Part shown: in pieces, positions 62,795-64,000 of the stretch
Position numbering within the stretch: the first letter of the stretch is position 1
How the letters are laid out: each line of letters begins with the position of its first letter
NCBI GenBank assembly: GCA_038087875.1
Contig: JAXLNO010000520.1
Span: 1 to 64,000 of the forward strand
DNA length: 64,000 bases
Direction: 5' to 3'
From: Malacoraja senta
Lineage: Eukaryota
Program-made: the position numbers and the translations under genes
Notes under the pieces: model-generated
The model's database searches: none
Seen by the model: only the letters and a program-made list of their open reading frames with translations
Told to the model about the DNA's origin: nothing

Positions 62795-63160
62795 CGGTAG
62801 AGTCATTGCTTTACGGTGCTCACAGTGTCAGATACCCGGTGCAAATCCGACCACGGCTGCAGTCTGTACAGAGTTTGTACATTTCCCAGTAACCACGTAG
62901 GCTTCCCACACTCCAAAGATGTACAGGTTTGTAGGTTAATTGGGTTGGTATAAAAGTGAAATTGTCCCTTGTGTGTCTAGGATAGTGCTAATGTGCAGGG
63001 ATCACTGGCCTGTTTGCACGCTGTATCTCTAAACTAAACTAAAGATCGATGATTAGTGTGGACTGTGTGGGTCGAAAGGGCCTGTTTCCACATTGTATCT
63101 TTCAATTCAATTCAATTAATTTCAAAATTGCTTCAAGTTCCTGGGTGTGCATATCTCTTA

Positions 63161-63260
63161 AGGGCCTGTCCAACTTAAGCTATTTTTAGGCGACTGCCGG
63201 CGACTGTCATAGTCGTAGCAGGTCGCCGAGAAACCAGCGACTGGACCCCCCTTCGACATA
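63161..63260 (+). mobile_element. Harbinger-like MITE terminal fragment
   Basis: tta + agggcctgtccaactt...ggcgac, similar to the left end at 15154. Confidence 0.55.
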
Positions 63261-63325
63261 AAATTTGAAATAGAATCATTACTTTAACAACAACAAAGAA
63301 CGAAGTCAGCACCAGCAACATCCTA

Positions 63326-63466
63326 CAGCGCATTTAGAAAGTGTTCAGACCCTTTCATTTGTTCCACATTTTGTTACGTTACAGCCAGATTCTAAAATGG
63401 ATTAAATTCTTTTTTTTAATCATCGATCTATACACGTTACCCCATAATATGCGCAATACCCCATAA
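63326..63466 (+). mobile_element. Tc1-like transposon terminal fragment
   Basis: TA + cagcgcatttagaaagtgttcagaccc...ccacattttgttacgttacagcc..ttctaaaatggattaaat resembles long TIRs of fish and amphibian Tc1 elements (from memory). Confidence 0.7.
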
Positions 63467-64000
63467 CGTTCAGCTCCAACTCGATCATCAAGTTTGCTGA
63501 TGACACTGTGGTGGAAGGCCTGATCTCAGATAACGATGAGAAGGCCCACCGGGAGGAGGTGGCTGATCTGGCACTCTGTTGTCAAGACAACAGCCTCCTC
63601 TTCAATGTCAAAAAAACTAAGGAGCTGATCGTGGACTTTAGGAGGGCACATTATCTGAGGACGTACACACCATTGAAGATAAATGGGGATACTGTGGACA
63701 GGGTGAGCTGTTTTAAATACCTGGGATCCCACATCTCTGAGGATATGACATGGACATCACACGCTGCAGCACTCGTGAGTAAGGCAAGGCAGCGCCTTTA
63801 CCACCTCAGGCAATTGAGGAAATTCAGAGTGTCTCTGAGGATCCTCCAGTGCTTCTAGTCAGCAGCTGTGGAAAGCATCTTGTCTGGAAATATCACGATT
63901 TGGTTTGGGAACTGCTCTGCCCAGGACAAGAAGGCTCTGCAGAGAGTAGTGCGTTCGGCCGAACTTCATTATGGGAACTACACTCGCCCCCCTGCAGGAA
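63467..64000 (+). mobile_element. Second Rex1/Babar-type copy (RT C-terminal part), runs off the window end
   Basis: Near-exact reverse complement of about 60025-60558 (IIKFADDTVV, GLISDNDEKAHREEV). Confidence 0.93.

Overview
Vertebrate repeat-rich DNA with no confidently identifiable host gene. The repeat set (CR1 LINEs with (TTTCTATG)n tails, tRNA-headed V-SINEs with (TAAAC)n tails, Deu-domain SINE relics) suggests a cartilaginous fish such as a skate or ray; this is an inference. The window holds one near-intact full-length CR1 LINE (91-bp 5' monomers, esterase ORF1, EN-RT ORF2 with one nonsense codon) and many truncated CR1 copies. It also holds a near-full-length Rex1/Babar-type LINE, a 5'-truncated L1 with a 16-bp TSD, Penelope-like fragments and palindromic derivatives, a hAT element with an 8-bp TSD, CpG-rich Harbinger-like MITEs, two related solo-LTR-like sequences and a Tc1 end. 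The most interesting signals are: (1) an in-frame U_UUA_AAC slippery heptamer at the CR1 ORF1 stop with ORF2 open in the -1 frame; (2) minimal hammerhead-ribozyme cores in Penelope-derived palindromic mini-elements; (3) a non-coding GC-rich retroelement family whose 3' hairpins keep their structure while the sequence changes; (4) MITEs with TAA/TTA flank asymmetry and an internally expanding minisatellite. All family assignments were made by eye from motifs, without database searches.
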